A DNA stretch of 64,000 nucleotides from Gemmatimonas sp. (GTDB taxonomy: Bacteria > Gemmatimonadota > Gemmatimonadetes > Gemmatimonadales > Gemmatimonadaceae). The notes below the pieces were generated by a model that saw only the letters and a list, made by a program, of their open reading frames with translations, had not been told where the DNA came from and searched no databases. The stretch is from assembly GCA_965279375.1 (NCBI GenBank), contig OZ257156.1, positions 992,001-1,056,000 of the forward strand, given 5' to 3'. This document shows, piece after piece, positions 1 through 11,604 of this stretch (the stretch's first letter is position 1; each line of letters starts with the position of its first letter). The translations under genes were made by a program, and so were the position numbers.

Positions 1-309
1 GCCGACGTCCGTGAATTCCAGCGAGCCGTCCCCGCGAAAGAGGAGCGCATCCTCCTCCGCCGTCGTGATCGGGAATACGGTCAGGTACTGGGGATCATCA
101 CCGTCTTCCCAGTCGATTTCTTCGTAGAACGTCTTCAGGAATTTCTGCGAACAGGCGTCGCAGACGACGATGTTCTGGTGCAGATGGGCGCCGTCCAAGA
201 CCTCGATGTCGCGCCGCAGCCCCCACGTCAGGTTCCACGCCGTCTGCGCGTCTGCGGACCAGCACTTTGCGCAGCCGAACTGGCTCACGTCATCCGCTCT
301 CGCGCGCAT
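1..309 (-). CDS. Hypothetical protein with two CxxC motifs (3' end runs off the window)
   Basis: Not in the ORF track. Manual minus-strand translation from ATG 309 gives MRARADDVSQFGCAKCWSADAQ...IVVCDACSQKFLKTFYEEIDWEDGDDPQY..., open to base 1. Starts 11 bp after the stop of the PqiA-like gene. Confidence 0.7.
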   Translation of the reverse strand, partial: MRARADDVSQFGCAKCWSADAQTAWNLTWGLRRDIEVLDGAHLHQNIVVCDACSQKFLKTFYEEIDWEDGDDPQYLTVFPITTAEEDALLFRGDGSLEFTDVG

Positions 310-320
310 CCTGCATCACC

Positions 321-827
321 TCAGTGCGCGGAACTCGCGCTCGCCGGCTCCACTCGCAGCACCTGAAACGCCGCATTCGACACCAGGCAGTACGCCGCAA
401 AACAGTAGAACCCCACCCCCGCCACCGCCGACAGATTGGCCGTCCCCTTGGCCGCCAGCAGCGCGATCAGCATCCCCACCGCAAACACGTCGGCCATCGA
501 CCACTTGCTCAACGCCTGCACGATCCGAAACAGGCGATAGCGGCTCGCGGCGTCCTTCAGCGTGAAAATCGGGACGAGCAGCACGGCCTTGATCAGCGGA
601 ATGCACACGCTGAACACCAGAATCAGCCCGGCCACGAAATCGTTACCTGACCCGTGCAGGCTCCTGATCGCGCCGATCACGCTCCGGGTCTCGTTGGACA
701 GCTCGCGGGCCTGGCCGAACAGCTCCATGGTCGCCCGGATGGTCAGCACCGGCTCCACCAGCCCGGGCCAGAGGAGACCGAGGCTCACGAGCGAGAGGGC
801 GACGGCAAGGCGGTTTCGCGTGGTCAT
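321..827 (-). CDS. Paraquat-inducible protein A (PqiA)-family membrane protein
   Basis: KWSMADVF motif and four hydrophobic segments. Start trimmed to ATG 827 (MTTRNRL). Confidence 0.8.
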   Translation of the reverse strand: MTTRNRLAVALSLVSLGLLWPGLVEPVLTIRATMELFGQARELSNETRSVIGAIRSLHGSGNDFVAGLILVFSVCIPLIKAVLLVPIFTLKDAASRYRLFRIVQALSKWSMADVFAVGMLIALLAAKGTANLSAVAGVGFYCFAAYCLVSNAAFQVLRVEPASASSAH

Positions 828-897
828 GGGCGCGAAATTAGCCGAGTGGCGACAGCCGGGACAGCCACTGCCCCCCGCTGAAAACCGGATAAATTGA

Positions 898-2244
<1,347 letters not shown>

Positions 2245-2259
2245 GATGGATTGACAGCG

Positions 2260-3777
2260 ATGCGTCTTCGATCGGTTGGCGCATCGCTGGTGGTGTCGCG
2301 GCTCTTCACGCTACTGGTGGCGCTGGTGCTGCTGGCATCGCTGCACCGCGATGCGATGGCACAGACGACTCCCGTTGATACGGCAATCGTTGCGCGAGTG
2401 ACTGGCAGCGCATTCGACAGCGTTGGCATGAAGGCGATGGAAGGCGCCGTGGTGCGACTGGTGCGCGCGAGTGATCCATCGATAGGTCGAACGGCCGTGA
2501 GCGATGCTCGCGGCCGTTTTTCGTACGACAGCGTTGGAGCCGGGCGCTGGCTGGCGTCGTTTCTGCACCCATTGCTCGATTCTCTGCGCATCGAACCGGC
2601 GCTCGTGCAGATCGATATCAGCGACACCGGGACGGTGAACGTTCCGTTGCACATCCCGTCGGCACGCACGCTCGTTGCGGCGTCGTGCGGACCGATCGCC
2701 GACGACCTGGGTGTGCTCGTGGGTGAAGTGCGTCACGCCAACGACAATCGCGCACTCACCAACGCGTCGGTGGAAGTGGAGTGGCCGGAGTGGTCGCTCA
2801 GGAAGAAGCGCATCACCACCGATGTCGTGCGACGTCGGGCGCGCACCGATTCCACAGGACGTTTCGTGTTGTGCGGCGCACCAACCGCCAGCACCGTTCG
2901 CAGTGTTGCGTGGAGCGCTGCCGATTCGAGCGGTTCGATTGAAATCGCCATTCCCACCAGCGGCTACGCACTGCAGGATTTCTTCGTGTCGCCGTTGGAG
3001 TACGTGGCGGCGGGCCGCGACACGCCTGACGACAGCACGATGCTCGCACCCACGCGTCGCGGTCGTGGCACGGTGCGCGGGCGACTCAGCACGCCCAACG
3101 GTACGCCGCTCGCGAATGCCGCCGTACGCGTCGTGGGCAGCGGCACGCCGGTGCGCAGTTCGGAGCGCGGCGAGTTCTTCATCACCGATGCGGCCACGGG
3201 CACGCAAACCGTGGAAGCGCGTGCGATCGGCTTCCAACCAGCGCGTCACACGGTCCGACTGAGTGAAGCGGTACCGACTGACGTCGCAATGCAGCTGGAA
3301 ATCCGACGCGTGCAACTGGACACAGTGCGCGTGGCGGCCGGTCGCGACATTCCGCCCGAGGTGCGCGGTATCGAACGACGGTGGCGCATGGGCGTAGGTC
3401 GCTTCATCGATGGCAACACGGTGCGCAACCGCTCGTCGTTCTACACGTCCGATGCGTTGCGCAGCATTCCCGGCGTCACCATCCGATCGAGTGGAGGGTG
3501 GGGGCAGGACATTTTCCTGCGCGACTCACAGGGCAAGATGTGTCGCGCCATCGTCTTCGTGGACGGCGCACCCATGGATGCCGCAGGCGCTGGCGGATTC
3601 ACGCTCGACGACTTCGCGCAGCCAGACGTCGTCTCCGCGGTCGAAGTCTATCCGCGCGTGAACATGGTCCCCGCCGAGTACATGACGATGCATCGCAACT
3701 GCGGGGTGGTCGCGGTGTGGACGATAGTTGGTACGGGCAAGGTACCGATCATCCCGCCCAAATCCGCGCGACCGTAA
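2260..3777 (+). CDS. Secreted protein with carboxypeptidase-regulatory-like (transthyretin-like) domains and a C-terminal TonB-plug-like domain
   Basis: Signal peptide, repeated SDARGRF/TDSTGRF/SSERGEF units, C-terminal DALRSIPGV...VFVDG...AVEVY...CGVVAVWT. Start could be 2251. Confidence 0.75.
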   Translation: MRLRSVGASLVVSRLFTLLVALVLLASLHRDAMAQTTPVDTAIVARVTGSAFDSVGMKAMEGAVVRLVRASDPSIGRTAVSDARGRFSYDSVGAGRWLASFLHPLLDSLRIEPALVQIDISDTGTVNVPLHIPSARTLVAASCGPIADDLGVLVGEVRHANDNRALTNASVEVEWPEWSLRKKRITTDVVRRRARTDSTGRFVLCGAPTASTVRSVAWSAADSSGSIEIAIPTSGYALQDFFVSPLEYVAAGRDTPDDSTMLAPTRRGRGTVRGRLSTPNGTPLANAAVRVVGSGTPVRSSERGEFFITDAATGTQTVEARAIGFQPARHTVRLSEAVPTDVAMQLEIRRVQLDTVRVAAGRDIPPEVRGIERRWRMGVGRFIDGNTVRNRSSFYTSDALRSIPGVTIRSSGGWGQDIFLRDSQGKMCRAIVFVDGAPMDAAGAGGFTLDDFAQPDVVSAVEVYPRVNMVPAEYMTMHRNCGVVAVWTIVGTGKVPIIPPKSARP

Positions 3778-3815
3778 GACACGCACGCACGCTCACGACT
3801 TCACACCGAATCTCC

Positions 3816-4112
3816 ATGCTCATCGTTCAGGTGTTCGTGCACGTCAACGCCGAGCATGTCGAGGCGTTCAAGGCCGCCACGCTCGACAACGCCACGCACA
3901 GTGTGCAGGAGCCGGGCGTCGCGCGCTTTGACGTGCTGCAGCAACACGACGATCCCACGCGCTTCACGCTGATCGAGGCGTATCGCAACGCCGACGCACC
4001 CGCAGCGCACAAGGCCACCGCCCACTATGCACGGTGGCGTGACGCCGTCGAGCCAATGATGGCGTCGCCACGGACGAACGTGAAGTACGCAGACGTCCAT
4101 TATCCGGAGTAG
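3816..4112 (+). CDS. Antibiotic biosynthesis monooxygenase / putative quinol monooxygenase (LsrG-like)
   Basis: [10 protein letters not shown]...[14 protein letters not shown]...FTLIEAY...[12 protein letters not shown], an ABM-fold pattern. It is the C-terminal part of track ORF 3381..4112. Confidence 0.88.
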   Translation: MLIVQVFVHVNAEHVEAFKAATLDNATHSVQEPGVARFDVLQQHDDPTRFTLIEAYRNADAPAAHKATAHYARWRDAVEPMMASPRTNVKYADVHYPE

Positions 4113-4122
4113 TCGCTCCGCA

Positions 4123-6789
4123 TCAACGCAGCGTGAAGACGTCGCGCAGCCGGATATCGCGCGACGACGCACCCAGCATGACGCGAAATCGACCCGGCTC
4201 CACGCGCCACTGCATGTCGCGATCGAGTAGCGCCAGCTCGCGGGCACCGAGTGTGAAGTTCACACGAGTGCTCGCACCGGGCTCGAGCGCCACACGCGCC
4301 ACGCCACGCAATGCAATCAGCGGCTGCGCCACGCTGGTGACTTCATCGCGAAGGTAGAGCTGCACGACTTCGCTGCCGGCTCGTGCCCCTGTGTTGCGGA
4401 TACGTGCCGTGATCTGCACACGCACGTCTGCACCGGCACGGTCGTCGGGGAGCGTGACCGTTAGCGAGTCCCACGCGAACGTCGTGTACGACAGACCGAA
4501 GCCAAACGGAAACAGTGGCTCGCCACTGCCATCGAGATAATCATCGCCGCGCCCTGTGGGCTTGTGGTCGTACGAGAGCGGGAGCTGTCCTTCGCGCTGC
4601 GCAAAGGTGATGGGCAATCGCCCTGACGGATTCGCATCACCGAAGAGCACATCGGCCACCGCGTGCCCCCCCTGCTCACCTGGATACCACGCCATCAGCA
4701 CGGCACCCACGTCATCGAGCCACGGCATCGTCACCGCACTGCCGCCCACAATCACCACCACGGTCGGAACACCCGTCGCGGCGACCGCGCGCACGAGATC
4801 GTTCTGACGCCCCGGCAACGACAACAACGAGCGATCGCGGAACTCCCCTTCCTCAACACCCACTACCACCACCGCCACCTCACTGGCGCGCGCCGCGGCT
4901 ACCGCCTCTGCGATCCGCGACTGCGCATCACGCTTCACGCCCGCATCCCACAACAACGAGAAGTGCGTATTACCGCGACGCTCGTGAAACTCCACCCGTA
5001 GCGCGTGTCTCCCTTCCGCGAGTGATACGGGTGCGACCCATCGTCCCGCACTGCGTGTCTCCCAGCGATCGAGCACCAGGCGGTTGTCGACCCAGATGCG
5101 CACGCCATCGTGCCCGTCGATTCCTAGCGCACGAACGCCGCCAGCCGGAATTTCGATGTTGCCCGTCCAGCGCGCTGCGTACCAATCGTACGGCAGCCCA
5201 CGCGCGGGCGACGACAGCGTCCACGTGAAAGCGATGTTTGGATCGATACGGCGAACGGCAGGCGCGCCGGTGAAGTCAGGATTGTCCCAGTATTCGGCAG
5301 AAAGCCCCGCCGTCGCGTTCGCGCTCGCAGCGGTAGTCGCGTGCGACAATGCTTCCGCTGGCACGGTTCGCATCGAGTCGGCATCTCGACCGGGGCCAGC
5401 CGCGTAGCGTACCGACACGCCGGCACGCGCCGAGATGGCTTTGCGAATCGACACGGGCGACAAACCAGTGCCGCTGTAACCGCCGAGGCGCACGGAATCG
5501 GCGTCCACACCAATCAGCGCAATGCGCTTCACCGTCGACGAGAGGGGGAGCGTGGACGCAGCGCCAGCGCGCTTGGGCGCATTGCGCAACAGCACGAGCG
5601 ATGCACGCGCCGCTTCGCGTGCGAGCGCGAGATGCTCCGCGCTGCCGTTGATCTTTGCCGCGCTCTCCGGCGAGAACGCCGGCTCGTCAAACAGCCCCAG
5701 CTCGAACTTGGCGCGCAGCACGCGCGTTGCGGCACGATCCAGCAGCGAATCGGGAATGAGTCCATCCACCACGGCACGTTCATACGGGCGGATGTCACGC
5801 AGGCCACCCTGAAACACCACATCCAGCCCCGATGACAGCGCGTGCGCGAACGCTTCGGCGGTGTTGCGCTCCGTACGATGTAGTACGGTCGACCCCGAGG
5901 TCGCCGACGCATCGGAGATGACGAAGCCACCAAAGCGCCAACGATCGCGCAACGTCGTCTGCAGCAGCATGCGACTCTGCGTCGCCGGATCGCCGTCCAC
6001 ACTGTTGTATGCCGTCATCACGCTGCGCGCGCCCGCGTCCTCGAACGCACTGCGAAAGGGCGGAAAGAATCGCTCTTCGAGGGCACGCGCGCTGATGTCG
6101 ATGGGCCAGCTGTCTCGCCCACCCTCTCCCACGTTGGCCACGAAGTGCTTTGGCGTCGCGACGAGTCCCGCACCCTCGAAGGCGCGCACATGTGCACGCC
6201 CCATCGCCGCGGACAGCCACGGGTCTTCGCCAAACGTCTCCTCCGTGCGGCCCCAGCGCACATCGTTGGCCAGGTTCACCACCGGCGACAGTGCCATCCG
6301 CAGCCCACGACTGCGCGCCTCGCGCGCGGCGGCTGCGTGTACGCGATGCACGAGCGCCGTATCGAACGTGGCCGCGAGCCCAATGGCCTGCGGAAAGACG
6401 GTCGCGCCGGCGTCCATCACGCCATGCAACGCCTCTTCAAAGAACAGTGGTGGGATACCGAGTCTGGATGCCGCCGTCATGCGCGCGCGCGTTGCCTGCA
6501 ACTGCTGCGCGTGCGCTCGCGCAGCCTGCGCACTCGGCACCCCTGCAGGCACGCGCAGCTGCAGTCCGAAAAGCCCTGTGGTCAGGTCGAGCGAATCGAG
6601 TTCGCCCGCAGATCCTGGCGCCATGAAGAGCTGCCGGAATTTCTCGACACGTGTCATGCGGCCCAGCAAATCGCGAACGCGTGCCTCGACGGGTTGCGCA
6701 GTATCGCGGTAGGGTGCCGACTGCACGTTGGCCATCGCGCCGGGCAATACACACGCACTCAGCAGCAGCACACAGCCGCGAGTGAACAT
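4123..6789 (-). CDS. GH3 beta-glucosidase with PA14 insertion and C-terminal Fn3-like domain
   Basis: EEALHG, RWGRTEETFGEDP, KHF, VISD nucleophile region, PA14-like insert, GEFRDR, NPSGRLP, PFGFGLSYTTF, EVVQLY. Signal peptide from ATG 6789. Confidence 0.95.
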   Translation of the reverse strand: MFTRGCVLLLSACVLPGAMANVQSAPYRDTAQPVEARVRDLLGRMTRVEKFRQLFMAPGSAGELDSLDLTTGLFGLQLRVPAGVPSAQAARAHAQQLQATRARMTAASRLGIPPLFFEEALHGVMDAGATVFPQAIGLAATFDTALVHRVHAAAAREARSRGLRMALSPVVNLANDVRWGRTEETFGEDPWLSAAMGRAHVRAFEGAGLVATPKHFVANVGEGGRDSWPIDISARALEERFFPPFRSAFEDAGARSVMTAYNSVDGDPATQSRMLLQTTLRDRWRFGGFVISDASATSGSTVLHRTERNTAEAFAHALSSGLDVVFQGGLRDIRPYERAVVDGLIPDSLLDRAATRVLRAKFELGLFDEPAFSPESAAKINGSAEHLALAREAARASLVLLRNAPKRAGAASTLPLSSTVKRIALIGVDADSVRLGGYSGTGLSPVSIRKAISARAGVSVRYAAGPGRDADSMRTVPAEALSHATTAASANATAGLSAEYWDNPDFTGAPAVRRIDPNIAFTWTLSSPARGLPYDWYAARWTGNIEIPAGGVRALGIDGHDGVRIWVDNRLVLDRWETRSAGRWVAPVSLAEGRHALRVEFHERRGNTHFSLLWDAGVKRDAQSRIAEAVAAARASEVAVVVVGVEEGEFRDRSLLSLPGRQNDLVRAVAATGVPTVVVIVGGSAVTMPWLDDVGAVLMAWYPGEQGGHAVADVLFGDANPSGRLPITFAQREGQLPLSYDHKPTGRGDDYLDGSGEPLFPFGFGLSYTTFAWDSLTVTLPDDRAGADVRVQITARIRNTGARAGSEVVQLYLRDEVTSVAQPLIALRGVARVALEPGASTRVNFTLGARELALLDRDMQWRVEPGRFRVMLGASSRDIRLRDVFTLR

Positions 6790-6969
6790 GGCGACGCGCC
6801 CGGAGCGGCTCGTCGGTCGATAGGAATGGGTGTGGAGAAGCACGCGCCCAAGATCAGTGCTGGCCGCATCGGACGCCAGCGGTATACTGGAACGCGACGA
6901 GGCCTGTGCGACGTGACGGCCGAGTCTCCCCTGCAGGCCACGAATCGCACCCCTTCGGAGTCACACATC

Positions 6970-7413
6970 ATGCGCAACGATAGCGAACGGCTGACCAATA
7001 CCGGCTGGATACGCAGAAGGAGCTGGGTTTCGGTCGCGATGGGAATCGCGCTGCTCACATCGATCGGCGTATCGACCAGCCACTCACAGAGACCGAGTCA
7101 GCCGGTGAAGGCGCTCCGACACGTCGTGATGTTCAAGTTCAAGGAGTCCAGCTCCAAAGCCGACATCGGCAAAGTCGTGGACGCCTTTCGCGCGTTGCCG
7201 TCGAAGATCCCGCAGGTGGTCAGCTTCGAATACGGCGTCGACAACAGCCCCGAAGGACTCGGCAACGGATTCACGCACGTCTTCCTCGTCACCTTCAAGA
7301 GCGAAGCGGATCGCGCCATCTACCTGCCGCACCCGGCACATCTGGCGTTTGTCGAGGTGCTCAAGCCCCACTTGGACAAGGTGCAGGTGCTGGACTACTG
7401 GGCCACGCAATAA
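6970..7413 (+). CDS. Dabb family (stress-responsive A/B barrel) protein with signal peptide
   Basis: LRHVVMFKFK...NSPEG...GFTHVFLVTF...YLPHPAH...VLDY. Start 6970 or 7039. Confidence 0.88.
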   Translation: MRNDSERLTNTGWIRRRSWVSVAMGIALLTSIGVSTSHSQRPSQPVKALRHVVMFKFKESSSKADIGKVVDAFRALPSKIPQVVSFEYGVDNSPEGLGNGFTHVFLVTFKSEADRAIYLPHPAHLAFVEVLKPHLDKVQVLDYWATQ

Positions 7414-7420
7414 GCCTTCG

Positions 7421-8389
7421 CTAGCGCCGGCGTCTTGATGCTGCAGCGCGATCGATCGGCAGCAGGCTGGCCGGATCGGTCGTGATGGTGCCGAATCGTG
7501 CGATGAAGTGCAGATGCGGCCCCGTGACACGCCCGGTCGCACCCACTCGCCCGATGAGCGCACCACGCGCGACGGTATCGCCCTCCTGCACGAGCTGCTT
7601 GCTCAGATGCAGATACGCCGTCACCACGCCGTCGCCGTGATCGAGATAGATCACGTTGCCGCCGAGGTAGAGCGCGCTGACCAGGCGCACGATGCCGCGA
7701 TTGGCGGCGTACACGGGAGCGCCGACCGTCCCGGCGAAGTCGGTACCCATATGCCGACTGGTGACGGAACCGTTGAACGTTCGACCGCCACCGAAGCCAC
7801 TCGTGATGCGCGATGCGCGCGGAACGACAAAAGGCGCTGTCCAGAGCTTTGGCGTGGCATGCGCCTCCCGGGACACGCGAGCGGCAGCCTCCGCCTCACG
7901 CGCCATGCGCGCTGCGGTTGCCGAGTCAGGCGGCGCAACGAAGCGCGGTGCGACGCGGAGCCGCTCGAGCCGATAGTCCCCCTGCACCGTTGGAATGCGA
8001 ACTGTATCCGTACGCGTGGCGCTGCATCGCACGATCAGGGCAACGCCTTGCGTCGAGTCGATGGGAACGGCGGCCATGGCACTCTGACGCGCACCGTCTG
8101 TGTGAAAGTGCAGCGGCTCGCCAGCCACTCGAGCATCACTCAGCTCCGACGCGAGCGACGTGCTCTGCAGCACGCGAAACAGCGTGCCCGCACGAGGAAC
8201 GGCCGGCGCCCAGCTCACCCCACAGGCCGGCGCCTCCTGCGCGCGCAGGAGACCGGCGGTCGACAGAGCGAGCAGCAACAGGTGTCTTGTCGGATCGTGA
8301 AGCAGCGTGATATTCCGGCTGGAATGGAACGAAGGGGAACGCGATCCTGTGAGGCGACGTCGGGAAGCGTTCGCGAATCTGCTCATCAC
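7421..8389 (-). CDS. M23 family metallopeptidase
   Basis: HMGTD (HxxxD), YLHL, TGRVTGPHLHF. The true start is uncertain and probably downstream of 8389. Confidence 0.9.
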   Translation of the reverse strand: MMSRFANASRRRLTGSRSPSFHSSRNITLLHDPTRHLLLLALSTAGLLRAQEAPACGVSWAPAVPRAGTLFRVLQSTSLASELSDARVAGEPLHFHTDGARQSAMAAVPIDSTQGVALIVRCSATRTDTVRIPTVQGDYRLERLRVAPRFVAPPDSATAARMAREAEAAARVSREAHATPKLWTAPFVVPRASRITSGFGGGRTFNGSVTSRHMGTDFAGTVGAPVYAANRGIVRLVSALYLGGNVIYLDHGDGVVTAYLHLSKQLVQEGDTVARGALIGRVGATGRVTGPHLHFIARFGTITTDPASLLPIDRAAASRRRR

Positions 8390-8419
8390 CTATCTCTACC
8401 TACTCTCTGAGACGGCGTC

Positions 8420-9475
8420 ATGCCAGCAACGATCAAGGGCCCCGGCATCTTCCTCGCACAGTTCTCCGGCGATGCGGCGCCATTCAACTCGTGGGACGCC
8501 ATTACGAAGTGGGCCAGCGGGCTGGGCTTCAAGGGCGTGCAGATCCCGACCTGGGATGCCAGGCTCTTCGATCTCAAGAAGGCCGCCTCGTCCAAGACGT
8601 ACTGCGACGAAATTTCCGGCGTAGCCCGGGCGAACGGGGTCGAGATCACCGAACTGGCCACGCACCTGCAGGGGCAGTTGGTCGCCGTGCATCCGGCGTA
8701 CGATGAATCGTTCGACGCGTTCGCGCCCGACACGGCAAAGGGCAACCCGAAGGCGCGGCAGAAGTGGGCGGTGCAGCAGATGCTCTGGGGTGCCAAGGCG
8801 TCGAAGAATCTGGGGCTGACCAAGAGCGTGAGCTTTCCCGGTGCACTCGTCTGGCCCTATCTCTATCCGTGGCCGCAGCGCCCGGCCGGCCTCATCGAGA
8901 CGGCGTTCGATGAACTCGCGCGGCGCTGGCGTCCCATCCTCGATGCGTACGACGACGCCGGCTGCGATATCGCGTTCGAACTGCATCCGGGCGAAGACCT
9001 CTTCGATGGCGTGAGCTTCGAGATGTTCCTCGAGCGCGTGGACAACCATCCGCGATGCAACATCAACTACGATCCGTCGCATTTCCTGCTGCAGCAGCTC
9101 GACTATCTCGAGTTCATCGACATCTATCACGAGCGGATCACCTCCTTCCACGTGAAGGATGCCGAGTTCCGACCGAATGGCCGACAGGGTGTCTATTCCG
9201 GCTATCAGCCGTGGCTGCAGCGTGCGGGGCGCTTCCGTTCACTCGGTGATGGGCAAGTGGACTTCAAGGCCATCTTCTCCAAGCTGGCGCAGTACAACTA
9301 CGACCATTGGGCCGTGCTGGAGTGGGAGTGCTGCCTCAAGCATCCCGAACAGGGCGCTGCGGAAGGCGCACCATTCATCCGCGATCACATCATTCGTGTG
9401 ACCGAGAAGGCGTTCGACGACTTCGCCGGCGCGAAGACGGACGCGAAGCAGATCAAGCGGATGCTCGGCCTCTGA
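8420..9475 (+). CDS. Sugar phosphate isomerase/epimerase-like TIM barrel protein (xylose isomerase-like / AP endonuclease 2 family)
   Basis: ELHPGED, YDPSH, FHVKDAE and VLEWEC metal-ligand motifs. Confidence 0.9.
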   Translation: MPATIKGPGIFLAQFSGDAAPFNSWDAITKWASGLGFKGVQIPTWDARLFDLKKAASSKTYCDEISGVARANGVEITELATHLQGQLVAVHPAYDESFDAFAPDTAKGNPKARQKWAVQQMLWGAKASKNLGLTKSVSFPGALVWPYLYPWPQRPAGLIETAFDELARRWRPILDAYDDAGCDIAFELHPGEDLFDGVSFEMFLERVDNHPRCNINYDPSHFLLQQLDYLEFIDIYHERITSFHVKDAEFRPNGRQGVYSGYQPWLQRAGRFRSLGDGQVDFKAIFSKLAQYNYDHWAVLEWECCLKHPEQGAAEGAPFIRDHIIRVTEKAFDDFAGAKTDAKQIKRMLGL

Positions 9476-9521
9476 GCCGGTCAACCAAGACATACTCACG
9501 GGCGATCGGGAGAACAGTCGC

Positions 9522-10727
9522 GTGGCGATAGAAGCGAAGAGCGGAGCTGCACCATCGGATGCGCGTCGGATCCGATTGGGCATGGTCGGCGGCGGCGAAG
9601 GCGCGTTCATCGGTGGTGTGCATCGATTCGCGCTGCGCATGGATGACCAGTTCGAACTGGTGGCCGGGGCGCTCGCGTCCACGGCCGAGAAGGCGCAGCG
9701 CTCCGGGCGTGCACTGGGACTCGAGGACGATCGGAGCTACGCCGATTTCGTCGAGATGGCGCGCGTCGAATCGGAGCGTCCGGATGGCATCGAAGTCGTT
9801 GCGATCGTGACGCCCAACCATATGCATGCGCCGGTTGCGGAGCGATTCCTCGCTGCCGGTATCCACGTCATTTGCGACAAGCCGCTCGCGACGACATCGG
9901 CTGACGCGCGACGGCTGCAGGCGCTGGCCGCGGAGCGCAATCTGCTGTTCGCGGTGACGTACAACTACTCCGGCTATCCGATGGTGAGGCAGGCGCGCGA
10001 GATGGTGCAGAGTGGCATGCTCGGCGAGCTTCGCGTGGTGCAGGTGGAGTACGCGCAGGATTGGCTCACGGAACCGATCGAGAGCGACGGCCAGAAGCAG
10101 GCCGGATGGCGCACCGATCCATCCAAGGCAGGTGTCGGCGGCTGCATCGGCGACATCGGCACGCATGCGTATCAGTTGGCGCACTTCGTCACCGGGCTCG
10201 AGGCGACGGAGCTGCTGGCGGAGTTGAACTGCTTCGTGCCGGGGCGACGGCTGGATGACAACGCGCAGGTGCTCCTGCGCTACGCCAACGGTGCGCGCGG
10301 CACGTTGTGGGCGAGCCAGGTGGCGCCCGGCAACGAAAACGGTCTTCGTTTGCGAGTGTACGGTTCGAAGGGTGGGCTGGAGTGGAAGCAGGAGCATCCG
10401 AACCAGCTGTTCTGGTCGCCATTCGGACAGCCCACGCAGATCATCTCGCGCGGCTCGGGTTCGGCGGGTGCGGCGGCGGCGCGCGTGACGCGCATTCCGT
10501 CGGGACATCCGGAAGGGTATCTGGAAGCGTTCGGCACACTCTACAGCGAGATCGCGCAGGCGATCAGGGCACGTCGGCCGGGCGCGTCACCGCTTGATGC
10601 AGCGGTACAGTTTCCGACGGTGGTGGATGGAGTGCACGGCGTAGAGTTCGTGGAGACGGTGGTGGCGAGTGCGTCCCGTCGCGGCACGTGGGTGGCACTT
10701 CCGTCGTCGACCTCCGGCGCTCCGTGA
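9522..10727 (+). CDS. Gfo/Idh/MocA family NAD-dependent oxidoreductase
   Basis: GMVGGGEGAFIG, TPNHMH, ICDKP, GDIGTH, HPEGYLEAF. Confidence 0.93.
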   Translation: MAIEAKSGAAPSDARRIRLGMVGGGEGAFIGGVHRFALRMDDQFELVAGALASTAEKAQRSGRALGLEDDRSYADFVEMARVESERPDGIEVVAIVTPNHMHAPVAERFLAAGIHVICDKPLATTSADARRLQALAAERNLLFAVTYNYSGYPMVRQAREMVQSGMLGELRVVQVEYAQDWLTEPIESDGQKQAGWRTDPSKAGVGGCIGDIGTHAYQLAHFVTGLEATELLAELNCFVPGRRLDDNAQVLLRYANGARGTLWASQVAPGNENGLRLRVYGSKGGLEWKQEHPNQLFWSPFGQPTQIISRGSGSAGAAAARVTRIPSGHPEGYLEAFGTLYSEIAQAIRARRPGASPLDAAVQFPTVVDGVHGVEFVETVVASASRRGTWVALPSSTSGAP

Positions 10728-11581
10728 TCATCTACGATCCAAAGAACTGGCTTCGCATCCTCCTCGACTTTCCGCGCAGTCGAGTCTTCCGCACGCTCGC
10801 GCTGGATGTGCTGGCCGCGGGCGGATACTCGGCGTTCGTCGTGTGGCTCGAGACGTCGGTCATGCGCGTCGCCGTCCCGCTCGGCCCCAGTTTCCTCTCC
10901 ATTCTGGGGATCATTCTGGGCCTGCTCCTCGTCTTTCGTACCAACACGTCATACGACCGCTGGTGGGAAGGACGTCGGCTCTGGGGACAGCTGGTCAACG
11001 CATCGCGTGCCCTCGCACATCAGTTGGACGCGCTGCTCGATCCAGCTGATCCGCGTCGCGCCGAGTATGCCGCACTGCTCACGCGCTTTCCGACGGCGCT
11101 GGCGGCGCATCTGCGACGTCCGCGCGGCACGCCGGGGCCGCACGTGCCCAATGCGATCGTGCAGGAGCTGACGCGCGCATTCCATCGTGATGTGCGCAGC
11201 GGACAACTGCCGCGCGAAACGACGGTGTCGCTCACGCCGCTGCTCATCATCTTCGACGATGTGTGCGGGGCGTGCGAACGCATTCGCAATACACCGATTC
11301 CATTCTCGTACAGCTCGTACGTGAAGCAGTTCGTGCTGCTCTACGCGTTGGTGTTGCCGTTCGGGCTCGTGAAGGAGTTCGGCTATGGCACGGTGATCGC
11401 GAGCATGTTCACCTTCTTTGCCACGATGGGGCTCGAGTTGCTGGCCACGGAGATCGAAGAGCCGTTCGGGACTGACCGCAACGATCTACCCCTCGACGAT
11501 CTGGCGGATCGCATCACGCAGGATGTGCAGCATATTCTCACCGGCGGTGTCGATCCCGCCGGCCCGATGCCTGTGGAGTAG
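10724..11581 (+). CDS. Bestrophin-family (YneE-like) anion channel
   Basis: LLVFRTNTSYDRWWEGR, CERIRNTPIPFSY, EIEEPFG. The GTG start at 10724 overlaps the upstream TGA. Confidence 0.92.
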   Translation: MIIYDPKNWLRILLDFPRSRVFRTLALDVLAAGGYSAFVVWLETSVMRVAVPLGPSFLSILGIILGLLLVFRTNTSYDRWWEGRRLWGQLVNASRALAHQLDALLDPADPRRAEYAALLTRFPTALAAHLRRPRGTPGPHVPNAIVQELTRAFHRDVRSGQLPRETTVSLTPLLIIFDDVCGACERIRNTPIPFSYSSYVKQFVLLYALVLPFGLVKEFGYGTVIASMFTFFATMGLELLATEIEEPFGTDRNDLPLDDLADRITQDVQHILTGGVDPAGPMPVE

Positions 11582-11604
11582 CAGCGCTCCACGTCCACTC
11601 TCGA

